A DNA stretch of 63,656 nt, filler included, from a bacterium (GCA_024278215.1; 6 parts of 6 records of this genome joined end to end with filler, not necessarily neighbours in it); one strand, 5' to 3'. Shown: positions 22,050-32,326, numbered from the whole stretch's first letter. Numbers and translations: made by a program. Notes: generated by a model not told the origin, from the sequence alone.

Positions 22050-22126
22050 TTACCAGTTGTCCGGTAGAAACCAACTGACTGTGAAAAAGAAATCGGAATC
22101 GAGCGAATCAGGAAAGAGGTAGGACC

Positions 22127-23635
22127 ATGGCAGCTAATGCAAAAGAAATAGAGAAAGGCAGTCGGCATACGTTTATAGATCGTAAGATCAGGGAACTCAC
22201 ACTTGCATTCAATGCCGATAATGTGACCGGGAGATACGACATCAGGATATCCGACGACGGGATGGAGGCATGGCTGATAACGGAACCGCCGCGTAGCGGC
22301 AGGATGGAGTTCGATCAGGATATCGTTAACGCATTAATAAAGGAGAACGGTATTGAATACGGACTGATGGAAAACATCGAGGAGATAGTGCCGCGCAATA
22401 TGAAAGCCGAAACACTACTCGCCAGGGGGAGGTTGCCAGTCGCGGGTGAAGACGCGAAACTACGGCTGCTGTACCAGGAATCGGACGATGACGAACACGG
22501 GACACCCGATGATCGCGACAGAGTCGATCACAGGGAGGTCAGGAAATTTTCGATAGTGAGGGCGGGTGAGCCTATAGTAATGAAAATCCCGCCGGTGGAG
22601 CCGGTTACGGGAATAACCGTCACAGGCAAAAGGATTCCCGCGCGGAAGGGGAAAGACATTTCTCTGATAGCAGGCCGTAATGTCGAGTTATCGGAAAATG
22701 GTAACTACCTTATATCCACAGCGGAAGGAATGGTAGTGCGCAATAACAACATGTTCGATGTAGTGAGCGTGTACGTGGTGGATGGAGATGTTGATTATTC
22801 AGTAGGCAATATAAGTTTTGGGGGCTGCGTGAGGATCAAAGGGAATGTGTTGCCGGGCTTCAGGATTTCAGCGACGGAGAGCATAGAAGTCGAAGGAACA
22901 GTCGAGAGAGCCATCCTCGAGGCGGGCAAAGACATCAGGCTGCACAAGAGTTGCTATGGTGACGATAATTGCAGCATAAACGCCGGTGAAGACATCTATG
23001 CCAGATCGTTCGAGAACGCGCGGGTGCGGGCCGGGGGTAAAGTGTGCGCGGCTCAATATATAGTAAACAGCGACATAACCGCCGGAGGAGATGTCGAAGT
23101 TCTGCATCCGTCTAAAGGCAGGATTTCCGGCGGACATATCCGGGCCGGCGGCGATGTGGTCGCCGGGAATCTCGGCTCGGCCTCTTATGCAAACACGCTT
23201 GTCGAGATCGGCCTGCCCGATTTCACCAGACAGGACCGCAACGACAAGTTCAACATGATCAATTTCTATCTTAAGAATCTCAAGTCGATAAATGCTCAAA
23301 TAAGGAAATATACGCACGTGAAAAAAATACGTGGGCTCGACCCCGCGCGGGAGAATAAGCTCGCGACACTCAGGGAGAAAGCGGCACGGCACAAGAATTC
23401 ACTGGATGAACTTGTCAGCCGTTACGGTATGCCCGAAATACTGGTGAAGACCCCGACATTTTCCAACGAAGTCAGAGTCCGCGGCACTGTGTACTCCGGC
23501 GTTCGTATCCGGTCGAACGAATCGATTCTGATCTTCAGCGAAGACTACGAAGAGGTAGTTGTGAAAAAGCTGGAGGAAGAACTCGTTATGACGTCGTTTG
23601 ACGAAGAAGAAAAAGTCATACCGATTGCCGTGTAA
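22127..23635 (+). CDS. FapA (DUF342) family protein
   Basis: ISDDGMEAWL, G.TVTGK.IPA..GK, GDVDYSVGNISFGG.V.I.GNV. Confidence 0.9.
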   Translation: MAANAKEIEKGSRHTFIDRKIRELTLAFNADNVTGRYDIRISDDGMEAWLITEPPRSGRMEFDQDIVNALIKENGIEYGLMENIEEIVPRNMKAETLLARGRLPVAGEDAKLRLLYQESDDDEHGTPDDRDRVDHREVRKFSIVRAGEPIVMKIPPVEPVTGITVTGKRIPARKGKDISLIAGRNVELSENGNYLISTAEGMVVRNNNMFDVVSVYVVDGDVDYSVGNISFGGCVRIKGNVLPGFRISATESIEVEGTVERAILEAGKDIRLHKSCYGDDNCSINAGEDIYARSFENARVRAGGKVCAAQYIVNSDITAGGDVEVLHPSKGRISGGHIRAGGDVVAGNLGSASYANTLVEIGLPDFTRQDRNDKFNMINFYLKNLKSINAQIRKYTHVKKIRGLDPARENKLATLREKAARHKNSLDELVSRYGMPEILVKTPTFSNEVRVRGTVYSGVRIRSNESILIFSEDYEEVVVKKLEEELVMTSFDEEEKVIPIAV

Positions 23636-23673
23636 AGCGTGAATGCAAAAAAGGATATTGGAGACGACTTGAA

Positions 23674-26600
23674 ATGGGAACGGTGAAAAGAGCGATAAAG
23701 TATATATTGCCGATTGTCGTATTGTGGACATTACCGGTATTGTTTTTTTGTTTTCAGTTTTCGCAGCAATTCAATGCTCATGTTCACCGAAACCTTTTTG
23801 CGCATGCGCTGGTGTGGCTTCTGGGCGTAGCCGCGATATTTACGATAGGAATGTGCATCAGTTCGGCGATGGAAAAACGGGAATACGCCGAAAAAGCATT
23901 GAAAGATAATCATGACAAACTCGCGGAAATGGTTAAGGATAGAACGCTTGAACTTAAACATAAAAATGAGGAACTTACGAGAGAAAACGAGTTGCAGGAG
24001 CAGATAAGACAGGAACTCGAATCGATCAACCGCAGATACAGCACCCTTGTGAACAATCTCAATACGGGCGTATTCCGCAACACGCCGGGGCTGCACGGCA
24101 GATTCCTGATGGCGAATAACGCGCTCGCGAAAATGCACGGTTTCGATTCGCCCGAAGAAGTAATCGGCAAAGAAGTTTCAATGCTTTACGCCAACCCTCT
24201 GCATCGTGAAACAGTGTCGAATGAACTTCTTGCCAACGGTTGTATCAAGGACAAGGAGGTGCTGCTCGTTCGGCGTGACGGGTCGATATTCTGGGCGTCT
24301 GTGACGGCAAGCGCCGTACATGATGAGGATGGTAATGTGCGCTATTTCGACGGCATGATAGAGGATATTTCAGAGAAAAAGAAAGCCGCCGAGCAGATTA
24401 CGATATACGAGAAATTCCTGGAAGCTTCAGGGCAGGGGCTGGGCATGGCGTCGCTGGAAGGGATAAGACTCTATGCGAATCCGAAGCTCTGTGAACTTAC
24501 CGGATTCGCGAAAGAGGAGCTCGAGGGGCAGGTCTTCCTTGATAAATATCCCGAAGTAATGCGCGAAAAGATGGAGAACGAAGTGCTGCCGAATGTGATG
24601 GCAGCCGGTCAGTGGTCGGGTGAGATGCAGATCAAAAACAGGAACGGGACACGGATACCGACGATAGAGAACTATTTCCTTATAAAAGACGAGAACGGCA
24701 GGCCGCTGTGTATTGCGAATGTTGTTACAGACATCACGGAACGCAAAAGGATCGAACGGGAACTTGCAGAGTCGTCGGAGAGGTTCAGATCCATAACCGA
24801 ATCCGCCAACGACGGTATTATCGTCATGGACTCAGACGGCGGCGTATCTTTCTGGAATCCGGCGGCGGAGAAGATATTCGGATATACACAGGATGAGGTG
24901 ATGCGACAGGAACTCCACAAACTCATCGCCCCGGAGAGATACAGGGAAGCATACCGGAAAGGCCTGCGCATGTTTAGGAAGACCGGGGAAGGCACGGCGG
25001 TCGGTAAAACTCTCGAGCTTGCCGGAAGAAGAAAAAACGGCGAAGAATTTCCCATGGAACTGTCTCTTTCCGTTTTACATGTAGATGGTCGCTATGGCGC
25101 TGTCGGCATAATCCGGGACATAACAGATCGCAAGCAGATGGAAGAGACCAACAGCCATCTCGCCTCGATTGTCGAGAACTCCCAGGATGCGATCATTGGA
25201 AAAGACCTGTATTGCAATGTTGTAAGCTGGAACAAGGCCGCGGAGAGAATGTTCGGATATACGGCGGAAGAGTCGATCGGTCGCCACATTTCATTTCTGA
25301 CACAAGAAGAATTCCATCAGCAATGCGAAGATTTGATCAACAGGGTGAAAAGCGGCGATGATGTGGAAAATTTCGAGATTGAGTTTATTAAAAAAGATGG
25401 TTCATACATCGACGTCGCGATAAAACTTTCACCGATCAAAGATGGAAATGGAGAGATCAAAGGCATCTCGATGATTGCCCGCGACATATCGGAACGCAAG
25501 AAGATTGAAAGAATGAAGAATGATTTTATCTCGACAGTGTCTCACGAACTGAGGACACCGCTGACATCGCTCCGCGGCTCGCTCGGGCTGCTTGCAGGTG
25601 GTGTCATGGGCGACTTGCCCGGCGAGGCGTCGGAAATGATCGAGATCGCCGGTAATAATACCGAAAGGCTTGTCAGGCTGATAAACGATATCCTCGATCT
25701 ACAGAAAATGGAAAACGGCAGGATCGAGATAAAGATCGAAGATATTTCTCTTCTTGAAATAGTGGAACGCAGTATCGGAGAGATGGCTTCCCTTGCTGTC
25801 GAGAAAGGCGTGTCCATCGTTCATAATGTGGCGGATTGTAAGATCAGGGGCGATTTCGACAGGTTGCTTCAGGTCACGGATAATCTGCTCTCCAACGCGG
25901 TCAAGTTCTCCGGCGAGGGTTCCGAAGTAAAAGTAAGCGCGTCGAGGGACAAAGGCATGGTGACGGTCTCCGTAACAGATCATGGACCGGGCATTCCGGA
26001 ATCGTTCCGGAATCGGATATTCCAGAAGTTCCAGCAGGCCGACGCCTCCAGCCGCAAGGAGAAAGGCGGCACCGGGCTCGGACTGGCAATCTGCAAAACG
26101 ATTGTAGAAAACCTGGGCGGACAAATATGGTTCGAGTCGGAAGCCGGCAAAGGCACCACTTTCAGTTTTACCGTAAAATGTGCGGATGACGCGCCGGCAG
26201 AACCGGTAATGTACGCCGGTATCGAAGAAGTCGGCGGCATCCTTGCCGGAAATGGATTCCGGGATACGTCGCGTGGAAAAGTAATTCTTGTGATCGACGA
26301 TGATGAAGGTGTCCAGAGATTACTGAAGAAAATCTTCGAGGACGAAGGCTATCAGATTGTTTTTGCTATGGACAGCATCAACGGCATAGCGGCGGCGAAC
26401 TCTAAAAAACCCGATGTCATAATACTGGATGTATGTCTTCCGGATGCGTCCGGTTTCGATGTCCTCAAGACCCTGAAAGACGAAAGGGCGACGCGGGATA
26501 TACCTGTAATAATGTTGAGCGGCGTAGGCCCGGACTACTATTCGAAGGTATCGTCGCCGCCCGTTTTCGACTGGCTGACAAAACCGGTGGATATAAACCG

Positions 26601-27033
26601 TCTTATGGACTGCATCAAGTCGGTCACCCGCCGCCCCGGCCCTTCAAGGGTGCTTGTTGTGGACGACGACCCGGGCCTGTTGAAGCTGATGAAGGTCTCG
26701 CTGGAGTGCAGGGGCGTGGATGTGGAAACGGCTGAAAACGGTGCCGAAGGATTCAGGAAAACGCGCGAATTCGAACCCGACCTGATTATCCTCGATGTAT
26801 TGATGCCGGGAACAGACGGCTTTTTCCTCACCGAGCAGATGCGCAGAAACCACGCCTATTTCAGGATTCCTGTTGTTGTCTACACCGCAAAGGACCTCAC
26901 ACCCGCTGAAAAGAAAAGGCTAAGCGGTTATATGACGGAATTCTTCACGAAACTCGATATAGATGAAGCTGAGTTCTCAGGGAAGATACTGAAAATGATG
27001 GACGGCCTGCTGGAACCGACAGCCGTAATATGA
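23674..27033 (+). CDS. Hybrid sensor histidine kinase (2 TM, 4 PAS, HisKA, HATPase, 2 REC)
   Basis: SHELRTPL, NLLSNAVKF, D.GPGIP, GGTGLGL, two receiver domains. Confidence 0.95.
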   Translation: MGTVKRAIKYILPIVVLWTLPVLFFCFQFSQQFNAHVHRNLFAHALVWLLGVAAIFTIGMCISSAMEKREYAEKALKDNHDKLAEMVKDRTLELKHKNEELTRENELQEQIRQELESINRRYSTLVNNLNTGVFRNTPGLHGRFLMANNALAKMHGFDSPEEVIGKEVSMLYANPLHRETVSNELLANGCIKDKEVLLVRRDGSIFWASVTASAVHDEDGNVRYFDGMIEDISEKKKAAEQITIYEKFLEASGQGLGMASLEGIRLYANPKLCELTGFAKEELEGQVFLDKYPEVMREKMENEVLPNVMAAGQWSGEMQIKNRNGTRIPTIENYFLIKDENGRPLCIANVVTDITERKRIERELAESSERFRSITESANDGIIVMDSDGGVSFWNPAAEKIFGYTQDEVMRQELHKLIAPERYREAYRKGLRMFRKTGEGTAVGKTLELAGRRKNGEEFPMELSLSVLHVDGRYGAVGIIRDITDRKQMEETNSHLASIVENSQDAIIGKDLYCNVVSWNKAAERMFGYTAEESIGRHISFLTQEEFHQQCEDLINRVKSGDDVENFEIEFIKKDGSYIDVAIKLSPIKDGNGEIKGISMIARDISERKKIERMKNDFISTVSHELRTPLTSLRGSLGLLAGGVMGDLPGEASEMIEIAGNNTERLVRLINDILDLQKMENGRIEIKIEDISLLEIVERSIGEMASLAVEKGVSIVHNVADCKIRGDFDRLLQVTDNLLSNAVKFSGEGSEVKVSASRDKGMVTVSVTDHGPGIPESFRNRIFQKFQQADASSRKEKGGTGLGLAICKTIVENLGGQIWFESEAGKGTTFSFTVKCADDAPAEPVMYAGIEEVGGILAGNGFRDTSRGKVILVIDDDEGVQRLLKKIFEDEGYQIVFAMDSINGIAAANSKKPDVIILDVCLPDASGFDVLKTLKDERATRDIPVIMLSGVGPDYYSKVSSPPVFDWLTKPVDINRLMDCIKSVTRRPGPSRVLVVDDDPGLLKLMKVSLECRGVDVETAENGAEGFRKTREFEPDLIILDVLMPGTDGFFLTEQMRRNHAYFRIPVVVYTAKDLTPAEKKRLSGYMTEFFTKLDIDEAEFSGKILKMMDGLLEPTAVI

Positions 27034-27050
27034 AAAGGAGATAAGCGGAT

Positions 27051-27428
27051 ATGGAAAACTTGAACATTTTATTGATTGACGACGAAAAGGACATCAGGCG
27101 TGTCGCCGACCTGAGCCTGAGCAGGCTGGGCGGGCACCGGGTCACTGCTGTCTCTTCCGGTGAGGAAGGAATCAGAACGGCGGTCGATATAAAACCGGAT
27201 ATTATCCTGCTGGATGTGATGATGCCGGTGATGGACGGGGTGCAGGTGTTCAGAGTGCTGAAAAACAGTAACACTACAAAAGATATTCCCATCGTATTTA
27301 TGACGGCAAAGGTGCAGCAGGCGGAAAAAGCCGAATATATCGACATGGGGGCAATCGGCGTAATAGATAAGCCGTTCAACCCGATGGAACTCCACAGGCA
27401 GGTCGCGGATTTGCTGAAAGCTGCATAA
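27051..27428 (+). CDS. Single-domain response regulator
   Basis: ILLIDDE, LLDVMMP, FMTAK, KPF. Confidence 0.93.
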   Translation: MENLNILLIDDEKDIRRVADLSLSRLGGHRVTAVSSGEEGIRTAVDIKPDIILLDVMMPVMDGVQVFRVLKNSNTTKDIPIVFMTAKVQQAEKAEYIDMGAIGVIDKPFNPMELHRQVADLLKAA

Positions 27429-27456
27429 ATTACTTCGAGAAAGTGAGGGCACGATA

Positions 27457-28233
27457 ATGAAAAACTGCGAATATAAAGTACTTGTTATAGATGACGATCC
27501 GGATATGCACAGGCTGTTGAGAGCGCCCCTGGAAGGAAAGGGTTTTAAATATCTGTTCGCGCTGGATGCGGAAGAAGGAAAAACTCTCGCCGTGAACTAC
27601 CGGCCGGACCTGTTCATCATCGACGGCATCCTGCCGGATATGACCGGGGTCGATCTCTGTTCGTTCTTCAGGGCAAACAGCATCCACAAAAATAAGCCGA
27701 TAATCTTCCTGTCCGCAGTTTTCAGGGAAGTCGTATATTTCAGGAATCTGATAGTCGATCTGAAAGTCGACATGGTGCTGCACAAACCGCAGAACCCCAG
27801 TCTTATCGCAAAATATGCCGCCGAACTCATCGGCCTTGAAAAACGCGACCTCTATGAAGACAAATGCTCGTTCGACTACGCGCTCGGTGAAATACGCGAG
27901 CTGTATATCGAATCGTTTCTGGAGCAGATGGCGACCATTGAAAAAATATTGAAGCTGATTAAGAGCGGAAGCTGCAATCCAAAATCACTCGGTGATTTAT
28001 ACCATATAGTCCACAGGATTCACGGTGCCGCAGGCAGCTACGGTTTCACCAAAGTGAGTTTCATCGCCGGGATGTGGGAGCAGTCTATCAAAGACATTCT
28101 TGAATTGCGTAAGATACTGACAAGTGATGAAATCGCATCCATGGAAGAAAACTACGAAGCGCTGAAACTTGGTTTCCAGATGCCGGATCGTACCGGCGAA
28201 TCGGAGACCTGTTTCGATCCCGAATGCCTGTAA
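27457..28233 (+). CDS. Response regulator with C-terminal Hpt domain
   Basis: VLVIDDD, IDGILPD, KP; HRIHGAAGSYGF Hpt motif. Confidence 0.88.
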   Translation: MKNCEYKVLVIDDDPDMHRLLRAPLEGKGFKYLFALDAEEGKTLAVNYRPDLFIIDGILPDMTGVDLCSFFRANSIHKNKPIIFLSAVFREVVYFRNLIVDLKVDMVLHKPQNPSLIAKYAAELIGLEKRDLYEDKCSFDYALGEIRELYIESFLEQMATIEKILKLIKSGSCNPKSLGDLYHIVHRIHGAAGSYGFTKVSFIAGMWEQSIKDILELRKILTSDEIASMEENYEALKLGFQMPDRTGESETCFDPECL

Positions 28234-28541
28234 ATGAATGTCTTACGGCTGCGATTCAAGTGCCGTGTCGACTTTGTGCTGATACATGAGGGGTAGTACT
28301 CCGTACAACTTGAAGTTACACATATATGGTTATCGTGTCCCAGGGTCCAACCTTAGGAACGATAAACTCTGTGTGCCGTGCTCGAACCGCTTTTGTTTGG
28401 GCACGAAAATGCGACCTTTTTGGTTCCGGCTATGTCGGGTTAATCCCATACCCCGCATATTTCACCAATGAGGTTACGTCTTTTCATCATCGACACGGCA
28501 ACAGGTTCAACATGGTATTTCAATCAATAATGCTATTCGCT

Positions 28542-29192
28542 TCAGAAGTTATCTATGAGACTGTACCTGATGGCGAATTTTACGAGGTCTGCAATGTTGT
28601 CGAGGCCCAACTTTTTAAAGATGTTTTTCCTGTGATATTTTATTGTACTCACACTGAGGCAAAGTTGTTCTGCGATCTCTCTGGAATTCCTGCCCTGTGC
28701 CAGCTTCTTCAGTACCGATATTTCCCTGTCGGTGAGTTTGCCGAGAGGGTTGCCACCTGCTTCCCATTTCTTTCCGGCGATTATCTTCTGCTGAATTGAA
28801 GGGGTCACATAGATTCCGCCTTTATGCACCTGGTTGATAGCATCCGGGAGGTCTGCCGGGCTGATACCTTTATATATGTAGCCTTTTACCCCCGACTGCA
28901 AAGCCCGCACCGCGAATTCCTCGTTGTCGTACATAGTGAGCATAATGATCTTGATTGCCGGGAAGGCTTTTATAATCTGTCCGCTGAGGTCCATCCCGTC
29001 GATGTCCGGCAGGTCGATGTCGAGCAGGACAATGTCGGGCTGCGCCTCGCGGCACATTTTCATGACATCGCGGCCTTTGCCGGTATTGCCGGCGATTTCT
29101 ATCCCGGGATCGGTTTCGAGCAGCCTGCATAATCCGCCCCTGAACAGGTCGTGATCGTCGACTATAATAATCTTTACAGGCATATCAACCAT
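28542..29192 (-). CDS. NarL/LuxR family response regulator
   Basis: IIIVDDH, LLDIDLP, LTDRE..VL..LAQG..IAEQL.LS..T. Confidence 0.95.
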   Translation of the reverse strand: MVDMPVKIIIVDDHDLFRGGLCRLLETDPGIEIAGNTGKGRDVMKMCREAQPDIVLLDIDLPDIDGMDLSGQIIKAFPAIKIIMLTMYDNEEFAVRALQSGVKGYIYKGISPADLPDAINQVHKGGIYVTPSIQQKIIAGKKWEAGGNPLGKLTDREISVLKKLAQGRNSREIAEQLCLSVSTIKYHRKNIFKKLGLDNIADLVKFAIRYSLIDNF

Positions 29193-30383
29193 TCATTTCG
29201 GGATGTTCATTCCGATTTTTGTTCCCTTGCCGATCATGGTATCAATATTTAATGTCCCGCCGCATATAGTGGCCCGCTGCGCCATACCGGGCAGTCCGAC
29301 ACCCGGCCCGGACTCTGCCTCCATGCAGCTGAATCCTTTACCATCGTCGGCAACAAGCAGCTCTATGCAATCTTCGCTGGTTTTTAAGGTGATACTCAGT
29401 CTTTTCGCTTTCGAATGCCGCGCCGCGTTTGTCATTGCCTCCTGAAGCACCCTGTATATGTTGAGAGAAACCTCCGGTTCGATATCCGTTTTTCCGATTT
29501 CATCAATGTCCAGGTCAATGTGCAGCGGTTCGCGGTTCCTGAACTCTTCCACGTATGTTCGTATTGCTGAAGACAGGCCGAGCTTATGCAGAAGCGCGGG
29601 ATGCAGCCCCCTGTATATCCTGGACACTCCCCCGGACACATTTTCAACTATTCGCACCAGATCATCAATCGTTCCGGCAGCTTCCGGCGTTATCTTTCGC
29701 AGACGCTCAAGTTCTACAAGGATGTATGACATTTGTTGCCCGAATTCGTCGTGTAGCTCACGCGCAATCGCCGATCTTTCCTTTTCCTGCAATTTTATGA
29801 GACTGTTGGTAAGTTTATTAAGCTGTCTCTCGTTCCTTTTCAATTGCAACTCGTATCGCTTACGCTCGAGGTTCTCTTTTTTCAGCAGTTCATTCGCTTT
29901 CGACAGTTCACTGGTTCTGAACTCGACCATTTCCTCCAGATGCTCACGGTATATTCGCAGTTCTATCCCCGCTTGTTTTCGCGCCAGCACTTCGTTTACT
30001 GTATTCAAAATCGAGTTCAGAGCAAGCGGTTTGACTTCATAAGCCACCACCTGCGGCTGCTTCACCGCATCTATTGCCGACTCCAGTGACGCATATCCTG
30101 TGAATATTATGCATTCCAGGTCAGGATTGATCTCCAGCAGTTCCGCAAAAAGCGCGTCTCCTTTTATATCGGGAAGCATTATGTCGATAAACGCAAGATC
30201 AAAGTGCCGATCTTTGCATAGTTTCAAGGCCCGTTTGCCGTCCTGCGCCGATTCGACATCAAACCCTTCAGCCATAAAAAACCGTTCAAGAAGGTTACAG
30301 ATTCCCGCTTCATCATCAACAACAAGCAGGCGATACGGAGATTTGCAGTTTTCCGGAATCCGTCCGACTTCAATATTCGACAT
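29193..30383 (-). CDS. Receiver + HisKA_3 (NarX-type) histidine kinase
   Basis: LLVVDDE, ER..IARELHDEFGQ, QEAMTNAARH, DDGKGF, G.GL.GM. Confidence 0.92.
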   Translation of the reverse strand: MSNIEVGRIPENCKSPYRLLVVDDEAGICNLLERFFMAEGFDVESAQDGKRALKLCKDRHFDLAFIDIMLPDIKGDALFAELLEINPDLECIIFTGYASLESAIDAVKQPQVVAYEVKPLALNSILNTVNEVLARKQAGIELRIYREHLEEMVEFRTSELSKANELLKKENLERKRYELQLKRNERQLNKLTNSLIKLQEKERSAIARELHDEFGQQMSYILVELERLRKITPEAAGTIDDLVRIVENVSGGVSRIYRGLHPALLHKLGLSSAIRTYVEEFRNREPLHIDLDIDEIGKTDIEPEVSLNIYRVLQEAMTNAARHSKAKRLSITLKTSEDCIELLVADDGKGFSCMEAESGPGVGLPGMAQRATICGGTLNIDTMIGKGTKIGMNIPK

Positions 30384-30691
30384 ATCAAGGTATCCAGTTT
30401 GTGTCAATATCTGCGAAGTTGTTATCAAAGTGTTTTCGGCTCTTTTATCAACTTATATTATAGCATTGTACCGAAACAGCATCAAATATATCGAGCCCCC
30501 GACCCGGCAGGGTGTTGTTGCTTACGGTGAACCAAGAGCCCAATGTGTCAAATCGCTTTTACAGTCGATTGTAATCCACATTTTACTAAATCAGCCGGAC
30601 ATTCCGCCGGTAAAATATTTGTGACAATAACGTATTTAATAATTCCCTTAAACAAAGACTTTTTCATGCACCGACTTCTTTTCAACACAAC

Positions 30692-30706
30692 TGGCACAAT
30701 ACTTGC
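30692..30706 (+). promoter_or_regulatory. Putative sigma-54 promoter
   Basis: TGGCAC-AATAC-TTGC with exact GG-N10-GC spacing; three TGT-N12-AC sites upstream (30546, 30570, 30609). Confidence 0.7.
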
Positions 30707-30730
30707 CCTTTCTATCGGCAACTACAGCAA

Positions 30731-31318
30731 ATGGAGTCCAGAATGCAGAAGACAATGAGCGCGACAATACACAAAAGCGGAACTGTCGGCAATAGAACAT
30801 GCAGCTATGCGAATCTCCTGCGAAGGATTCTTTTCGCGTCGGTCGCCGCGCTGATGATTTTCGCAACAAGTGCTGTTGCTTCGGACACGGAAAATGTCGA
30901 TGTCAGCATTGAGATACCGACGATATTCGTACTTGGATGGTCGGTACCCGGCACATCGATTGACCTGACCGGAGCCAATGCCGTGACAGCCGCCGAATTC
31001 ACCGCCGGATACAAAGACGGTATTTCGGGAGGCACATTGTCATTAACGGCAAATGATGTCTTCGACCTGACTGTGAAAGCAGTCTCCGATACCTTTCTCG
31101 GCGGCAGCGGAACAAAACCTGTATCTGAAATGATGGTCCGCATCGGCGGAGGCAGCTATATCCCCTTGAGCGGGACTTCCGAGGTCACCCTGATAAACGG
31201 CAATCCGCCCACATCCGGCGACAACAGAGACCTGGCCTATCGAATCGACCTTCTCGCGGATGATACGCCGGGCGTCTACCAGACCACGCTCATATATACG
31301 ATAAAGGCGCATATCTGA
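30731..31318 (+). CDS. Secreted beta-rich protein, possible fimbrial-subunit-like
   Basis: Signal peptide (..ATSAVA/S) and C-terminal 'PGVYQTTLIYTI' strand typical of pilin/WxL-like Ig folds; start uncertain. Confidence 0.5.
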   Translation: MESRMQKTMSATIHKSGTVGNRTCSYANLLRRILFASVAALMIFATSAVASDTENVDVSIEIPTIFVLGWSVPGTSIDLTGANAVTAAEFTAGYKDGISGGTLSLTANDVFDLTVKAVSDTFLGGSGTKPVSEMMVRIGGGSYIPLSGTSEVTLINGNPPTSGDNRDLAYRIDLLADDTPGVYQTTLIYTIKAHI

Positions 31319-31396
31319 CACGCCGGGTACATTCCGCCCGCGCGGCGACCGGCTCATGAAAACCATAAATCAAAGAAAACGGAGGCAGACAAACAG

Positions 31397-31774
31397 ATGG
31401 AAACTTACAAGATGTCATCGGAGAGCGACTTCATAATAGTAAAACCGGAAGGTGAAATAACGTCGCGAAGTTATCCCGAATTCGAACAGAAACTGGGCAG
31501 GTTGCTGTGTGAAGATGCAAAACTTCTGTTTGACATGAGTGCCGTAACGTTCATAAACAGTGTCGGGATAGTGTTCCTCCTGAGGATAGCCGGGATGGCT
31601 GAAAACAGTTGCGCTTATTTCACAATGTACAACCTGGCGGGCAATATCGAAAGAATCATGCGCAGGCTGCAACTTCAGTCCGTTTTGAATGTAGCCGCGG
31701 ATGCCGAAGCAGCTTTTATAAACATCGGTAATGCGATGGAAAGAGAACTGGCGGGCTGCTCGATTGCCGCATGA
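31397..31774 (+). CDS. STAS-domain anti-sigma factor antagonist
   Basis: GEI...LFDMSAVTFINSVGI; GGAGG RBS. Confidence 0.88.
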   Translation: METYKMSSESDFIIVKPEGEITSRSYPEFEQKLGRLLCEDAKLLFDMSAVTFINSVGIVFLLRIAGMAENSCAYFTMYNLAGNIERIMRRLQLQSVLNVAADAEAAFINIGNAMERELAGCSIAA

Positions 31775-31840
31775 TTCGCTGGCCCCGCGCCGGCGCAATA
31801 CGCGGGTTAACAGCCGGCCCCGGCATGAGTTTCATCAGAA

Positions 31841-31915
31841 GAGCCAATTGCAAAATTCTGATTCGGCTGCGGTCGGCTGCAATTGTCCATAGCCGCGTTG
31901 TCGGCACAAAATCAT
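31841..31915 (-). mobile_element. MITE family A, inverted, truncated by contig end
   Basis: GAGCCAATTGCAAAATTCTGATTCGGCTGCGGTCGGC... Confidence 0.8.
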
Positions 31916-32015
31916 NNNNNNNNNNNNNNNNNNNNNNNNNNNNNNNNNNNNNNNNNNNNTTAATTAATTAANNNNNNNNNNNNNNNNNNNNNNNNNNNNN
32001 NNNNNNNNNNNNNNN

Positions 32016-32181
32016 AAATTATGTTCGTAGCGAGATCGAGCGAAATTGTTCGGAGCAAGGCGGAGGTGTAAAATCCTCGCAGGCGTACTTGTAGAGTACG
32101 TCGAGGACGATTTTGTGCCGACAACGCAGCTATGGACAATAGCAGCCGACCGCAGCAGAATCAGAATTTTGCAATTGGCTC
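32016..32181 (+). mobile_element. MITE family A, left end cut by contig start
   Basis: Near-identical to 57615-57792. Confidence 0.85.
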
Positions 32182-32326
32182 TGATATATAACTCTGATAT
32201 ATAACAAAGTAGTGATATGATTTCGGCGTTCGGGCTGCGTTGCTTTGACGCAATCAATTTATGCTGTCGCTCATGCGAGCGTATGTCCCCGGTTTTATTC
32301 GATTCGATTATCATGAAAGGCAAAAA

